This document shows positions 32,463 to 42,690 of a stretch of 64,000 bases of DNA, piece by piece. The stretch's first letter is position 1. Each line of letters starts with the position of its first letter. The stretch is from assembly GCA_963665115.1 (NCBI GenBank), contig OY762007.1, forward strand, positions 2,304,001 through 2,368,000, read 5' to 3'. The position numbers were made by a program, and so were the translations under genes. The stretch is from an uncultured Rivularia sp. Lineage in GTDB: Bacteria > Cyanobacteriota > Cyanobacteriia > Cyanobacteriales > Nostocaceae. Below the pieces are notes generated by a model, which was not told the DNA's origin, searched no databases, and saw only the letters and a program-made list of their open reading frames with translations.

Positions 32463-32921
32463 TCATGCTTGCGATTTGTTTTGATTTCTGGTGGAAAGCC
32501 CCATCGACTTAAGCAAACGAGTAATGTGGTAGTTACTAAAACTGATGCCTAATTCTTTTGCAAGATGTTTGTTTAACCATTGTGCCGTCCAACGTTCAAA
32601 CGCATAACCGTACTCTCGCGGACTATTAGTTACAAGTTCTTTCAAACGTTGAGTATACTGTTCGTTGACGACTTTTGGTCTTCCAATCGGGGAATCATTC
32701 CACTTATAAAACTGACCTGTTTTTACGATACAAATCCAGCATCGTGCAGCTTCTTGAGAGCAGCCTAATTTTTTGCATATTTGTGCCTGTGATTCACCAG
32801 CGTCTGCAAGTAACATGATGTGAATACGACGACGAAATTCTGGACGTAAATCATGCTCAAGATTTTTTTGCAATAACTGACGTTGGCAAGATGTTAAGAA
32901 TAAACTTTGAGCGACTTTCAT
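32463..32921 (-). CDS. Stand-alone IS630-like HTH protein (no DDE domain)
   Basis: RRRIHIMLLADAG..GRPK..SPREYGY..RWTAQWL; stops before any catalytic domain. Confidence 0.8.
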   Translation of the reverse strand: MKVAQSLFLTSCQRQLLQKNLEHDLRPEFRRRIHIMLLADAGESQAQICKKLGCSQEAARCWICIVKTGQFYKWNDSPIGRPKVVNEQYTQRLKELVTNSPREYGYAFERWTAQWLNKHLAKELGISFSNYHITRLLKSMGLSTRNQNKSQA

Positions 32922-33060
32922 TGTTTCTCCCTGGAATACTTCGATCCAATAACTGATTTAGGACTTTTGTTTATATAAAAAGGTAATTAATGTTGAATAC
33001 AGATATGTACCCAACCTTAAGTAATACGAAAGTTCTATTCTCGTTATCAGATGTGATTAC

Positions 33061-33093
33061 TTAGTTACTGCGTCGCTCAAACAAGTTTTTCGC
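33061..33093 (-). promoter_or_regulatory. Bipartite motif GCGAAAAAC-N12-CGCAGTAACTAA upstream of the HTH gene
   Basis: Matches the copy at 35006-35038 at 20 of 21 arm positions, same spacing. Confidence 0.6.
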
Positions 33094-33197
33094 TAATTAC
33101 AGCCTAAAAATCTTTTTCTCTTTAAAAGGAGAGGCTTGTATCCTTGGCTAAGGTTCGCAGTAAGCGATACATCATCTACTACGAACCTGTTAATTTT

Positions 33198-34127
33198 TTA
33201 AATCACAAAATATTCGCTGAGGCTTGCTTCTCCTAAAGCTATTTTGAGACTAAACCGCTCTCCAGGTTCGCCACTTAAATCTAACTTAATATGCTGATTC
33301 GATTGTTCTGTAGTTGTATTTATTATTGCTTGTTCGTACTCGTCAAACAGGATTATTTGCAAGTTTGCAGGTAAATAGTTTTGACTTAAGCTAGGTTTGA
33401 GTTCTATAAGAATATTAGTATTTGACTTTGATTCTGTGGTGATGGTAACAATCAAAGCTATTAATTCTTTGTGAGTTCCCAATTCTAAAAGTTTGCAGCG
33501 CTTCAAATTAGCTGCTTTAGATTTGCCTCTGAAAGCTAAAGCTGGCTGAGCGGCTCGTTCACCCAAAATTTCTACAGACTCCCAACCTGTTTCAAAAATA
33601 TTATTAAACCATTGACTGAGGTTCGCTAATGGTCTAAGTTTATGCAAATATGAGGGTAAAGCAAAAAGTGATTCTAGATCGTTTAGACTTAAATCGACTA
33701 TTGCTGCTGTATTTGGCTTAAATCCTCGTAATATAGCTTCTTTTTGCTTCTCATCAATTTCTACAACTACATAGCCAATCCTTTCCAGACCAACTGAAGG
33801 CGGAATCTCACAACTTAAAGCTCCCTTTTTAACAGGACGACATTCTAAAATACCTTTACCAGTAATCCATAAATCGGCTACGTCTTCAGTTAATCGTATC
33901 GAAGAGTTCCAACTATCTCCGGCTGTAATATTAGTGGAAATACCGATAATACGCAAATAATTATTAACAGCGCATACAGCAAGGGTATTTAGATAAACTT
34001 GTTGTGCCTTATTCGAGATTGGGTTAGGTTGCTCGTTAGCAAATTGCCGCGCGATGTGTAATATTTCTGTTGTTAAGGGTATCGGAATCGACCAATCCTC
34101 ATTTGAAAATTGGTTATTTGTATTCAT
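33198..34127 (-). CDS. DUF1822-family protein
   Basis: AQQVYLNTLAVCAVNNYL, LECRPV, RIGYVVV, LSQWFNNIFETGW, GERFSLKI. Confidence 0.85.
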   Translation of the reverse strand: MNTNNQFSNEDWSIPIPLTTEILHIARQFANEQPNPISNKAQQVYLNTLAVCAVNNYLRIIGISTNITAGDSWNSSIRLTEDVADLWITGKGILECRPVKKGALSCEIPPSVGLERIGYVVVEIDEKQKEAILRGFKPNTAAIVDLSLNDLESLFALPSYLHKLRPLANLSQWFNNIFETGWESVEILGERAAQPALAFRGKSKAANLKRCKLLELGTHKELIALIVTITTESKSNTNILIELKPSLSQNYLPANLQIILFDEYEQAIINTTTEQSNQHIKLDLSGEPGERFSLKIALGEASLSEYFVI

Positions 34128-34139
34128 GGTGCTTGTTTT

Positions 34140-34820
34140 TTAAGTATGTTTAGCGCTGCTAGGAAGAGTAGTTGAACCTTCAATATAACCTTGGGAAAAA
34201 CCGAATTCCCGCAGCAAAGGCAAGCATCTACGGTTGTAAAATTTGGGTAAATCTTTTGCTTCCTGTGGATTTAGGTTAAATTCTGCCGCAATAGTTTTCC
34301 AGGAAAGCGTATCTGGAGGAAGCCGCCTTAGAATTAAAGCTTGAGCGTTAATTTCCGGGCGTTTTCGGAAGCAAATACTGCTTAGTCGGTTGTCTGAATC
34401 TTTTTGCACCCATAGGATAGTTTTTTCCCAGATTTCCATAGCTGGTTGAATATCTGGAGAGGCAACTATATCATCTATCGGGTTATTTACTCCTTGTTCT
34501 GTTTGTTTTGCGATAAGAAATCGTCGTTGTTGTCTATATTTACCATCTCGCATTCTCCTCAATCGCTTTTTAAGTTCATCATCAAGCCAAACAATCGGAC
34601 CTTTGATATCCGGATTGTATTCTTCTAGATGTTCGCAACAATACTCCCACATTTCTTGGAGAGCATCATTATAGTACGATGTATGTTCTTTCCAAAGCTT
34701 GCCAGATTTCATTACTAACAGATGCACCTTAGCCAACACTTGCTGACGCTCCAAGCTTTGGGGTGGATATTCACAGGCAGTAGTAATAAGTTGGCGGAGT
34801 TTTAAATCTAGCTCGTTCAT
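34140..34820 (-). CDS. Divergent sigma-70/ECF-like factor
   Basis: Resembles cyanobacterial sigma-like proteins found next to DUF1822 (YYNDALQEMW..YNP..W; SWKTIAAEF HTH; FYNRRCLPLLR). Confidence 0.65.
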   Translation of the reverse strand: MNELDLKLRQLITTACEYPPQSLERQQVLAKVHLLVMKSGKLWKEHTSYYNDALQEMWEYCCEHLEEYNPDIKGPIVWLDDELKKRLRRMRDGKYRQQRRFLIAKQTEQGVNNPIDDIVASPDIQPAMEIWEKTILWVQKDSDNRLSSICFRKRPEINAQALILRRLPPDTLSWKTIAAEFNLNPQEAKDLPKFYNRRCLPLLREFGFSQGYIEGSTTLPSSAKHT

Positions 34821-35005
34821 AGAATTATATACGAAAATGTTTTACATTACCCTTAAAAAGTGACGTATTAAAAAATACAGAAACTGCCAATTCAGAGTTT
34901 GTAATGACACTTATTGAAAATACACTTTCGTATATTATTATTCCGCGCTAGCTTAAAGAACGATATCTATAATGGACTCTTTTTTATCCTCACTACTACC
35001 TTTGT

Positions 35006-35038
35006 TTAGTTACTACGATTAACATAGAGGTTTTTCGC
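35006..35038 (-). promoter_or_regulatory. Bipartite motif GCGAAAAAC-N12-CGTAGTAACTAA upstream of the sigma-like gene
   Basis: Second copy of the motif at 33061-33093. Confidence 0.6.
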
Positions 35039-35183
35039 AGATTTTTGTTAATTATTTTTTAATTGGGGATTGGTGTTTGGATAATTATTTCAGTGGTAAG
35101 TATGCTCAAGTCTCGATAAAAATCACTGAAATAGTTAGCATATAGGGATTTCTACACTCAATGGTTAAGATTATTAATTACTT

Positions 35184-35463
35184 CCTTCCCGCTCTATAAT
35201 TACCTATCTCTCTTGTCTTGAAAAGTTGTTCTCGAAGAGATTGCCTCCGGCTCACATGGGGGAAACCACGCCACTTCTCTCAACGCGCTTATCCCGCGCA
35301 CGAGAGTGGCTCCCCAAAACGGACACCTTATGTCCAATAGCCCTATGTCCTCCGGACAGGCTAAGCTAACAGGCATAGCCTTCGGCAACGGACACGCACC
35401 GCTAACGCTGCGCTCTCTGCGTCTAGTAAAGTTTTATTATACGTAATCATAAAGCCCGGAAAG
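35184..35463. mobile_element. Degenerate MITE-like element with GC-rich nested repeat fragments
   Basis: Imperfect IR CCTTCCCGCTCTATAATTAC / GTAATCATAAAGCCCGGAAAGG. Confidence 0.45.
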
Positions 35464-35636
35464 GAGTAGTATCAATATTAAAGAAAGTTTCAAAGTCGAA
35501 AATAGACGTTGTTTGATGGATAAGATGTAGTAGTGTTTATGCGTTCACCGCAAGCTGTTCTGCAAGGCAATGTGGGGCAGGGATTATATTTACCAGATTC
35601 TTTATAATTCATGCTGTAAAATATTTTTTTAAGATA

Positions 35637-36845
35637 ATGAGACTTAAAGCATTTAATCATATAACAGGCTTTTTTCAGGAGAAAACTGTTGACTTTGAAG
35701 AAGAAAATCTATCTAAATGTCTTATTGGGAGACATCCAAATTGTGATTTTATTATTAATAGTCCTGAAGTAAGTCGGGTACATGGTATTATTTTGTATCA
35801 ACATGAAAATTATTATTATATTGACCTTGCCAGTACCGATGCCTCTCGCATTAATAATCAAACTATTTTCGTAAATCAAAGTTCTCTTTTGCAATTAGAT
35901 GACGTAATTCGGATTGGGAATTTTGTTGTTTTCCTGGAATTTGATAACACAAATTTGGATTTCGACAGCGATATTTTTTTCAATTCAGAAACACCGATCG
36001 CTCAAACTCCAATTCAACAGCAGCCTCAGCAGGGAGAATTTATAGTTAGATGCTCTAATATTATTCAAGAAACAGATAATGTCAAAACATTTTGTTTGAT
36101 TGCAGAACCGCCTATTTTATTTAACGGTATATCATTTAACTATAAACCGGGGCAGTTTACGATGTTAGACTTAGAAATTGGGGATAAACGAATAAAACGT
36201 CCTTACTTTATTTCTTCAAGTCCTTCACGGCCTTATAACTTAGAAATAACTGTTAAGCGCTTTTCTCCATCAACTTTTCAACCAGATTTAACTTTAGGCT
36301 TAGTTGCTAATTGGTTGTACGATTATTTAAAAGTTGGAGATAAGCTTAAAATAAGTCCGCCAATGGGCGATTTCAATTATTTTGAAAATTCTTATAAGAA
36401 ACTTTTATTTATCTGTTCTGATATCGGGATTACACCTTTGATGTCTATGTCTCGTTGGCTTTGCGATACTAATACCGATTTTTCGGTAATTCTTATATAC
36501 AGTGCCCGCACGCAAAAAGACATTATCTTCCGAGAAGAGTTAGAATTGATGGCTTTAAGATATCCTAATTTCAAGTTAGCGATTAATTTAACTAGTCAAG
36601 ACTTTGATTTAAGTTGGTCTGGATATAGGGGCAGATTGAATGAGACAATGCTATCAGAAATCGCTCCCGACTTGAAAGAACGTGTTGCCTATGTTTGCGG
36701 ATCTGAAAGTTTTATTGAAAGCGTTAAAATGACGTTAGAAGAGCTACAATTCCCAATGCATAATTATTATCCAGAAAGTTTTATATCGAAAGGTACTAAA
36801 CCCGCTTTAACAATAAAGGTAAAGGGTAATAAGTTTATATTTTGA
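35637..36845 (+). CDS. FHA domain + FAD/NAD-binding (ferredoxin-reductase-like) protein
   Basis: IGRHP..VSRVHG FHA; YKPGQF, RPYFISS, IGITP, YVCG. Confidence 0.85.
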   Translation: MRLKAFNHITGFFQEKTVDFEEENLSKCLIGRHPNCDFIINSPEVSRVHGIILYQHENYYYIDLASTDASRINNQTIFVNQSSLLQLDDVIRIGNFVVFLEFDNTNLDFDSDIFFNSETPIAQTPIQQQPQQGEFIVRCSNIIQETDNVKTFCLIAEPPILFNGISFNYKPGQFTMLDLEIGDKRIKRPYFISSSPSRPYNLEITVKRFSPSTFQPDLTLGLVANWLYDYLKVGDKLKISPPMGDFNYFENSYKKLLFICSDIGITPLMSMSRWLCDTNTDFSVILIYSARTQKDIIFREELELMALRYPNFKLAINLTSQDFDLSWSGYRGRLNETMLSEIAPDLKERVAYVCGSESFIESVKMTLEELQFPMHNYYPESFISKGTKPALTIKVKGNKFIF

Positions 36846-37046
36846 AGGTAATAAATGAACATATATTGAATTCAAAATAAAAAATGCAAAATAAAAAATC
36901 AATTATATCTCAATTTTTAATTGTTCAATTAAGGATACAAGTTTCTTCTTTTAAGGAGAAAAAGATAAAAACGTATTATGACGCTTCAAGCCTCAGACTT
37001 TAGGTAATGGTAATTTCTAATTCTAAAATCCAAAATTGAATGGCTG

Positions 37047-39350
37047 ATGAGAAAATTAGTAGTGTTGAAACTTGATGGTGATTTGCGATCGCAAGTGCGA
37101 GTCACGTTAGAAATTGGTTACGAAGGGGCACGTCCAATTACGGAGGTTGCTTGTACCTTACCTGCCATGCCGCAGATGGTAAAAGCAATTGATGAATGGT
37201 ACTCGCTAAGCGGTAGTTTAAGTCAATTTACCCGTATTAAGGTTAATAAAATCGTTTATGGCTCTCTGTCCGAAAATAGGCGAGATTGCTATAAAAAAGC
37301 CTGCGAGTTACGTAATTATCTGAATGAATGGCTGATGTGCGATTCGTTTCGTCCGATTCGTGAAAAGTGGCTGAAATATTTGATGCCATCGGATGAAATA
37401 CGAGTATTAATTAGCACGAATAATCTACAGCTTAAAAAACTTCCCTGGCATTTATGGGATTTGGTCGATCGCGATTATCCCAAAGCTGAAATTACTTTGA
37501 GTGCTTATAATTCAGATCGAATACAGGTGCCGCAGACATCTATCTATGGAAAGAAAATTAAGATTTTAGCTATTTTAGGTAACAGCGATGGAATTGATGT
37601 CAGACAAGATAGAGAGTTGTTAGAAAATTTAAAAAATGCGGAAACAACTTTTTTAGTACAACCTCAACGACAAGAAATAAACGAACAGCTATGGAATCAA
37701 AATTGGAATATTTTATTTTTTGCCGGTCATAGTCAGACTGAAGACAATACGGGTAGAATCTATATTAATCAAGAAGATAGCCTGACAATTGCAGAACTTA
37801 GGTATGCTTTAAAAAATGCTGTTAATAACGGTTTGCAGTTAGCAATTTTTAATTCTTGCGATGGATTGGGATTGGTGAGCGAGCTACAAGATTTGTGTAT
37901 TGGGCAAATTATTGTCATGAAGGAACCAGTACCGGATTTTGTTGCTCAACAATTCTTAAAGTATTTTCTGACAACTTTTTCTGCTGGAGAGTCTATATAT
38001 ATTGCGGCTCGTAAAGCTAGAGAAAAATTACAAGGTTTAGAAGCAGAATATCCTGGTGCTAGCTGGCTGCCGATAATATGCGAACATTCCACAATTAAAC
38101 CGATGCAGTGGAAGCTAAGGGTTAATTCTCTAAAGAATTGCTTTAAAACATTGGTTTTAGCCAGTTTGTTAATGACAAGTTTAGTCGTGGGAGTACGGCG
38201 ACTGGGATTTCTGGAAAAATGGGAGCTACAGAATTACGATTTATTAATGCGATCGCGTCCCGATGAAGGACCTTCGGAAAGGTTATTGGTGGTGGGAATT
38301 AGAGAAACAGATTTTCAGCTACCCGAACAAAAAGATAGAAAAGGGTCTTTAGCTGATGGTGCATTACACAAGTTGTTACAAAAGCTTGAACCTCATCAAC
38401 CCAGAGCGATCGGGTTGGATATCTTTCGCGATTTTCCGGTAGACTCCGAACAACAACAATTAAAAACTCAATTAATAAAGAGCGATCGTTTTTTTGCAAT
38501 ATGTCATGTAGGGGAACCGAACGGAGAATCTCAGGGAATAGCACCTCCTCCAGAAATACCGGAACAGCGTCTTGGTTTCAGTAACGTTCTGCTTGATGAT
38601 GATGGTATTTTACGTCGTTACATTCTATCAATGGATGTAAGGAGTAGCTCGAATTGTCCTACTACCTGGTCTTTTGGTTTTCAATTGGCACTACATTATT
38701 TAAAAGATGAAGGAATTGCACCAAAATTTAACCAGGGAAATTGGCAATTAGGTGATGTTGTTTTTACACGTTTAAAACAACTTAATGGTGGCTATCAAAC
38801 AGCAGATACTTGGGGAAATCAGATATTACTTAATTATCGTTCCTATCGTTCTCCCAACCAAATTACCGATATAGTCTCTCTCGAAGATGTCTTAGCGGGT
38901 AGGCTGGCACCGGAACAAATCAAAGATAAGATTATTATTATTGGTGTAATGACTTCAACTTCCAGCGACCATTTTCGCACTCCTTACAGCGAGAAATTAC
39001 CACCATCTCAACAATACACTCCAGGAGCAATAGTACACGCTCAAATAGCTAGCCAGATACTGAATTCAGTGTTAGATAAACGTCCTTTGTTATCGGCAAT
39101 ATCACTTTGGGGAGAAATATTGTGGATTGGGACTTGGAGTTTTATTGGAGGAATTTTAGCTTTGCGGATTCGTTCGTTACGTTTATTAGTAGGTGCTAAT
39201 TTAATTGCTATTATAATTATATACGGAGCCTGCCTTGTTCTATTTATCAAAGGTGTTTGGTTGCCACTAATTCCGTCAAAATTAACACTGTTGTCAACTA
39301 CAGGATGTTTGGTAATTGTTTATAAATATAAACCACAACTGCGACTTTAA
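37047..39350 (+). CDS. CHAT-like protease + CHASE2 transmembrane receptor
   Basis: LPWHLWD, FFAGHS, IFNSCDG; one TM, CHASE2 (IGLDIFRD, DDDGILRR, PGAIVHAQ), three C-terminal TMs. Confidence 0.9.
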   Translation: MRKLVVLKLDGDLRSQVRVTLEIGYEGARPITEVACTLPAMPQMVKAIDEWYSLSGSLSQFTRIKVNKIVYGSLSENRRDCYKKACELRNYLNEWLMCDSFRPIREKWLKYLMPSDEIRVLISTNNLQLKKLPWHLWDLVDRDYPKAEITLSAYNSDRIQVPQTSIYGKKIKILAILGNSDGIDVRQDRELLENLKNAETTFLVQPQRQEINEQLWNQNWNILFFAGHSQTEDNTGRIYINQEDSLTIAELRYALKNAVNNGLQLAIFNSCDGLGLVSELQDLCIGQIIVMKEPVPDFVAQQFLKYFLTTFSAGESIYIAARKAREKLQGLEAEYPGASWLPIICEHSTIKPMQWKLRVNSLKNCFKTLVLASLLMTSLVVGVRRLGFLEKWELQNYDLLMRSRPDEGPSERLLVVGIRETDFQLPEQKDRKGSLADGALHKLLQKLEPHQPRAIGLDIFRDFPVDSEQQQLKTQLIKSDRFFAICHVGEPNGESQGIAPPPEIPEQRLGFSNVLLDDDGILRRYILSMDVRSSSNCPTTWSFGFQLALHYLKDEGIAPKFNQGNWQLGDVVFTRLKQLNGGYQTADTWGNQILLNYRSYRSPNQITDIVSLEDVLAGRLAPEQIKDKIIIIGVMTSTSSDHFRTPYSEKLPPSQQYTPGAIVHAQIASQILNSVLDKRPLLSAISLWGEILWIGTWSFIGGILALRIRSLRLLVGANLIAIIIIYGACLVLFIKGVWLPLIPSKLTLLSTTGCLVIVYKYKPQLRL

Positions 39351-39494
39351 GATAGTTCCAACTTACGGTTGATATCGCTCGGAGTAAAATTTTTATACAA
39401 TGTGCAGGGAATAGAGATGTACGCTTATTTTTTTGAAGCGTAGAACGCATACTATACCTTTCAGAATATGCACAATAGCCCTATGTAATTGATT

Positions 39495-40361
39495 ATGCTT
39501 AAAAACCAATACTATCAGCAATTATTAAAGTTTTTATTTGTAACAAATTTAATATTTATAAATTCCATACCCGTTACTGCTCAAAAAACAAATCCATCTA
39601 CAAATAGAAAAACAAATAATACATCCCAACCAAATAAAAAGAAACCAGAAAATAGAAATAACTTTAATCGAAAGCGTCATCAAGAAACACCCCCACGCAG
39701 TAGAGTCCGTGGGAACTCTGTATACTTTAGACAACCCCAAAGGCAAGGAACACCACAAGGTACGAGAGCAGCAGGAAGTCGTAATAGTTGTCCAATAGCA
39801 GAAGAAATGCCACTGAGCGCTTTAGTACCGATTACGAAAAAAGCAGATGGAAGAGAATTACGTTGGGGGTTAACAACGAAAGAAAATCCAACATTTTGGT
39901 TTTACGTTCCCCATAAATTAAAATCTATAAAAAATGCTAAATTTTCTTTACGAAATCGGCGAAACAACACGATTTACGAAAAAGAATTACAGCTGGCTGA
40001 TACACCGGGATTAATTAGCGTTTCCCTTCCAGCTAATGCACTATCTTTAAAAGTTGGTGAATGGTATCAATATTATTTATTTATGGATATTGACTGTAAT
40101 TTAAACAGATCTCGTAAAGAATTCGCTCAAGCATGGGTGAAAAGAGAAGCAATTGCTTCTGGTTTTGAATCTAAATTGGAAAGAATATCTCCACGTCAGC
40201 GAGGATTATTCTACGCAAAAAATGGTATTTGGTATGATGCGATGGTATCTTTTGCCAAACTTAAATATGCATCTGGAACAAACTCAGAGTGGATGCAAAT
40301 GTTAGACTCGATCGGTTTAAGTGAATTTTCTCAGATACCAGTAATTGATTGCTGTAAGTAA
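39495..40361 (+). CDS. DUF928-domain exported protein
   Basis: Signal peptide; AGSRNSC..LSALVP, PTFWFYVP, NGIWYDA. Confidence 0.88.
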   Translation: MLKNQYYQQLLKFLFVTNLIFINSIPVTAQKTNPSTNRKTNNTSQPNKKKPENRNNFNRKRHQETPPRSRVRGNSVYFRQPQRQGTPQGTRAAGSRNSCPIAEEMPLSALVPITKKADGRELRWGLTTKENPTFWFYVPHKLKSIKNAKFSLRNRRNNTIYEKELQLADTPGLISVSLPANALSLKVGEWYQYYLFMDIDCNLNRSRKEFAQAWVKREAIASGFESKLERISPRQRGLFYAKNGIWYDAMVSFAKLKYASGTNSEWMQMLDSIGLSEFSQIPVIDCCK

Positions 40362-40983
40362 GTCGGCGTGAATCGAGGTATTCGGTTGCATGAGGGCGTT
40401 CACCGGAGGTGCTGCTCAGAGAAAGGCTCATCGCAACCGTTTCAAGCTTTTTACATTTCGTAATATAGTTAGTTTATGTTAGGTACGGCAACTAATGTTT
40501 TACCCGAAGAAGCAGGAATTCCTTTTGCTGTTGAAGATAATTTACTGATAGTTATTGATGATAATTATTTAAAACTTTCGCAGCCGTAAAATTCCCCCAA
40601 CTCCTTTATAAAAGCTATTTATTACCCGAATTTTTCTCAACAAAACTATAAATGATATTAAATCCGGTTACGCCGGAATGATAAAAAGCCTTATTATATG
40701 CAGAGAGCGCAGAAGAAGAAAAAAGAGAGGAATTTTAAATAATTCCTTAAATAATTGCGATACAAACGGAAAAGAAGTTACTTAAAACAATAGCGAAACT
40801 CTTGATAGAGATAGAAGATTTTAGATTAGTAGGTTACACAATTTTAATCCTTCTCTTAAAAAATAATTTAATTATCTAAGCCGAATTACTAGATTCGTGT
40901 TTTAATAACAACATTCGCGGAACCTCGGTAACGCTAAAACACTCATAAAGTACACATAAAATAAAAGAATTACCGCTACTCGA

Positions 40984-42519
40984 ATGTCTAAAAAGTCTTC
41001 TCTAAGTCTACTATTACTATTCTTCGGCGTTCAAATTGGCGTTAACCAGCAAGCAGCTATAGCACAAACAAATCCGGGGATTGTAATACCAACAACTCCA
41101 AAAAATATTCCCACTACTCCCAGGAATATACCTAAAACTCCCGCAAACACTCCCGCACCTTCAGGAAATAGATTTTGCGCTTCTCGATTAAATTCTGCGG
41201 TAGGTACAGTAACAAATCGCGCCCAGTTTAACAGAACTCATTGGGGTATTTTGGTTCAAAATCTGGGTTCGCCACAAACGCTTTACAGCCAGAATGCAGC
41301 TAAATACTTCACTCCCGCATCCGTCACCAAATTAATGACAACGGCGGCAGCATTACAGGCACTTAGTCCTAATTATCGCATTCGCACTTCTGTATACGGT
41401 GGCAGTAATGGTGTGGTACAAGTTGTAGGTAGAGGAGATCCGAGTTTAAAAAACGAACAGCTTGAAGTCTTAGCAAAACAGTTACGTCAAAAAGGTATTC
41501 GTCGAGTTAATAAATTAATTGCCAATGACGGTTACTTTAAAGGTGAAGCTGTCGAACCAAGTTGGATGTGGGAAGACGTACAGTTTTATTACGGCGCACC
41601 AGTCAACAGTTTAATGTTAAATGAAAACGCTGCTGTATTTAGATTATTTCCTCAAAGAGTTGGTACACCTTTATTATTAAAGTGGGATAATCCTTTAGAT
41701 GCATCTGGGTGGAAAGTTGTTAACCAAACAGTAACAGCCCGTAAAGGAACAAAAGGTTATATTGGAATTCAGCGCGATTTAAAAGGACAAATCTTATATT
41801 TAAAAGGACAACTAGCTGAAGATTCTCGTCCAGATGTAACCGCGATCGCAGTATTCAACCCCATACAAAATTTCTTGACGCATTTCCGTCAAAGTCTGGG
41901 AAAACAAGGTATTTCGGTTGCCGGAGCTTACCGTGGAACAAGCAAAACCAGCGGCAGGGAATTAGCAGCAGTACAATCTCCACCGCTATCGGAATTAATT
42001 GCAGAGACAAATATTAATAGTAATAACTTGTATGCAGAAGCTTTATTGAAAGCATTAGCGACTAAAAAACCGTTGGAAAGAAACGAAACTACCGTTAATG
42101 CCGGTTTAGAAGTAATGAAATCAACTTTAACAGGGATAGGAGTTGACTCCAGCACTTATAGACTAGTAGATGGTTCAGGTTTATCTCGCAAAGATTTAGT
42201 TAGTCCCCAAGCGTTAGTGCAGACATTACAGGGAATGGCGAAATCTCCTTATGCTTCTGTTTTCCGTGCTTCTCTACCAGTTGCGGGTAAAAATGGGACT
42301 TTAAAAAATCGTTTTAAAGATATAGCTCCCGAAGGTTTAGTGCAAGCAAAAACTGGAACAATGACTGGTGTGATAACCCTTGCAGGATATGTTAACGCAC
42401 CTAATTATGGCCCCGTAGTATTTAGTATTATGGTGAATCAAACCGAACAACCAATTAGAACCGTTAGAAATGCAATTGATGAAATTGTGGTGCATTTGAG
42501 TAAGATGCAAAGGTGTTGA
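40984..42519 (+). CDS. dacB: D-Ala-D-Ala carboxypeptidase/endopeptidase (PBP4)
   Basis: PASVTK, SNN, DGSGLSR, KTG. Confidence 0.92.
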   Translation: MSKKSSLSLLLLFFGVQIGVNQQAAIAQTNPGIVIPTTPKNIPTTPRNIPKTPANTPAPSGNRFCASRLNSAVGTVTNRAQFNRTHWGILVQNLGSPQTLYSQNAAKYFTPASVTKLMTTAAALQALSPNYRIRTSVYGGSNGVVQVVGRGDPSLKNEQLEVLAKQLRQKGIRRVNKLIANDGYFKGEAVEPSWMWEDVQFYYGAPVNSLMLNENAAVFRLFPQRVGTPLLLKWDNPLDASGWKVVNQTVTARKGTKGYIGIQRDLKGQILYLKGQLAEDSRPDVTAIAVFNPIQNFLTHFRQSLGKQGISVAGAYRGTSKTSGRELAAVQSPPLSELIAETNINSNNLYAEALLKALATKKPLERNETTVNAGLEVMKSTLTGIGVDSSTYRLVDGSGLSRKDLVSPQALVQTLQGMAKSPYASVFRASLPVAGKNGTLKNRFKDIAPEGLVQAKTGTMTGVITLAGYVNAPNYGPVVFSIMVNQTEQPIRTVRNAIDEIVVHLSKMQRC

Positions 42520-42690
42520 GGATTGGGAATGGGGGATAGGGGATTGGGCATAGGATTAATTTGTTAATTGGACTGTCTTTCTTCATTCCTATATGGCAAC
42601 TCAAACTACCTAGATAAAAAAGAATAAGCCCGGTTTTTGTTTATATAAACCGGGTTTTTCAACATATTTAGTTATTACAGCTTTGATTGC

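Noticed and set aside
17320..40400. tRNA-Asn-anchored integrative island
   Set aside because: No integrase and no duplicated tRNA 3' end found by eye; region is accessory-like but no att sites are supported
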